Shown one piece after another: positions 62,329 through 64,000 of a DNA stretch of 64,000 nucleotides. Under the pieces are notes generated by a model. It ran no database searches. It was given only the letters and a program-made list of their open reading frames with translations, and was not told where the DNA came from. The position numbers and the translations under genes were made by a program. Each line of letters starts with the position of its first letter. Within the stretch, counting starts at the first letter, position 1. The stretch comes from Octopus sinensis (Eukaryota), in assembly GCF_006345805.1 (NCBI RefSeq), contig NC_043014.1, forward strand, positions 29,946,001 to 30,010,000, in the 5' to 3' direction.

Positions 62329-64000
62329 GGTTATTTTTATTTACTCATCATCTGTTATTAAAGTTTACTTTAAATATTTTCCAAACTTGGAGCAATATCG
62401 TTATGTATATTTAAAAACTGTTTGGTGTTGTTATTTGTCTAAGTTAGGGGGACAACTTAGGATCTCAGAACGAAATCTGTTTGTTCTGTATGTTCTGTTA
62501 TTCATTTGTCACCAATTCGTTTAACACGATGGAATCTTTTAAATCAAACACCTGTATCTGATCGTTGTTGTTTTCCATAATTGGAGAACACCTCCTCCTT
62601 TTAGAGTCTAAAATTTAGATGATGAGTGATAACACGTGATTCACCAGTGTAAGGGAACTTTGATAAAAAACAGTGTTTTGAGCTCGTGAATTATCTGTTT
62701 GGTAGGCATTGGTATGCATCAACAAATAATTTGTTCATTGATTCTTGTAAACAAGAGTTTGTACTCTTCTTATATTTGCCACTGGATGTTTGTCTTCGCT
62801 CGAATTGAACTGGTCAATGAAGATATATTTCCTTGGCTGCATTTATAATAACTGATGCAAACTTGCAAACATTTAACTGTAATGTTTATTGCTGGACATA
62901 AAGATATTTGGTGTTGGCAAATTACAATGAACAATATTAATAACTGCTGACTGGGAGAGAGAGAGAAAAGCCATGCTACATCTATAGAAGTTGCTTATGA
63001 GACATAGTGTAAATGTTCCGAAAGGGTCTATCTGAGAATCTGGAGTTGTCTGTGTAACCGTCTGCATGGCAAGGCTTTAGGCGCGTGAAGTAGTCAGCCA
63101 CCTTCAACACTGCCATTAATTGAGCACCAAGAACTTTTTATTGGAGATGAGAGGTTTTATTTGAGAACAATTGAGAAAACTATATTATGCCACAGTCTCA
63201 CACTGATTGATCAATTTAGAGACCGATCACGTGAAACTATGGTGGTTCACTCGTGGTGTCTGACTTAGTGTCTAGCGGTTTCGAATCACCAATACAAATA
63301 GCTTCATCACAGTTCTTTACGTAAAAGCATAAAGAATGAAATAATAAAATAAAGAATTTACATAGAAATACGTGCCAACATAAATCCAAAAAGAACAACA
63401 AAAAGAAAACATGCATTGAATTCAGAATAAATACTGAAAGAATGTCTAAATAACAATAAGTTCGTAAAATATACAAATTTCTGTATTTCTTTTACATTTT
63501 TTTCTTTGGAAATATAAAAAAGAAAAAATTTTCTTGGTGTAGAAAAATGTTAAAAATGCTTTGCATTCTCGATATGCACACAGGCTGAAAAACATTGATG
63601 TGAGAAAGGATATATATCCACAGCAAACTGTGAAATACAATCAAGGTATTGGGTGTCTTTTAAGGAGTATTTTTATCTGTGTTGGATAATATTGCATAAG
63701 TTTATGGTGTATGCTCATTATAACTGGTGAAAGTTCCTACTTCCAAGAAATGGTGTAAATGCTTGACTGACAAATAAGCTGCTGTTTTCCCATGTTTGAG
63801 TAACCAATTTGAAAGAATATAGTTGAATGAAATGATTGAATGATTTCTTAAAGTCCTTCAGCCATGAGAATCTGAGTGCACAGAATTGAGGTCATTGACA
63901 TTGCACGAGTCTGTCTGTCTGAATTTTGTCTTCAGTTGTCTCATAAAAAAATCACTTAGTTCAGAGGAAATAGAAGAGGAAATATCCATAATACCTTGTG

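Noticed and set aside
62600-63120. Decayed RT or exon on the minus strand
   Set aside because: No diagnostic motif could be read with confidence.

Overview
Eukaryotic, AT-rich, repeat-saturated DNA. Octopus is the most likely source, inferred from SINE/RTE families that resemble those I recall from octopus; this was not database-checked. There is no intact multi-exon gene. Almost all long ORFs in the supplied track are microsatellite translations or decayed transposon ORFs. LINE remnants: CR1-type (4), RTE (several), Tx1/L1, a HERO-like restriction-endonuclease LINE and a Penelope RT. DNA-transposon remnants: hAT with an 8-bp TSD, mariner, internally deleted Tc1/mariner, Tigger/pogo, a Harbinger-type MITE carrying TTAGGG, and a non-autonomous Helitron. 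There is also an internally deleted Gypsy element and three tRNA-derived SINE families. The most notable structures are: (i) minimal type I hammerhead ribozyme motifs, three at the outer ends of a ~2-kb unit present as a tandem copy plus a spacerless ~3.95-kb palindrome (49.6-56.2 kb), and a second family with stem-I covariation in an inverted repeat at 46.5-47.4 kb; (ii) a 2.87-kb foldback element with ~1.28-kb TIRs, an 8-bp TSD and the same RTE insertion mirrored in both arms; (iii) six long inverted repeats within 38 kb; (iv) several near-identical tandem duplications, most breaking in (TA)n, which may be assembly artefacts; (v) a candidate signal-peptide exon of a host gene on the minus strand at 10.3 kb.
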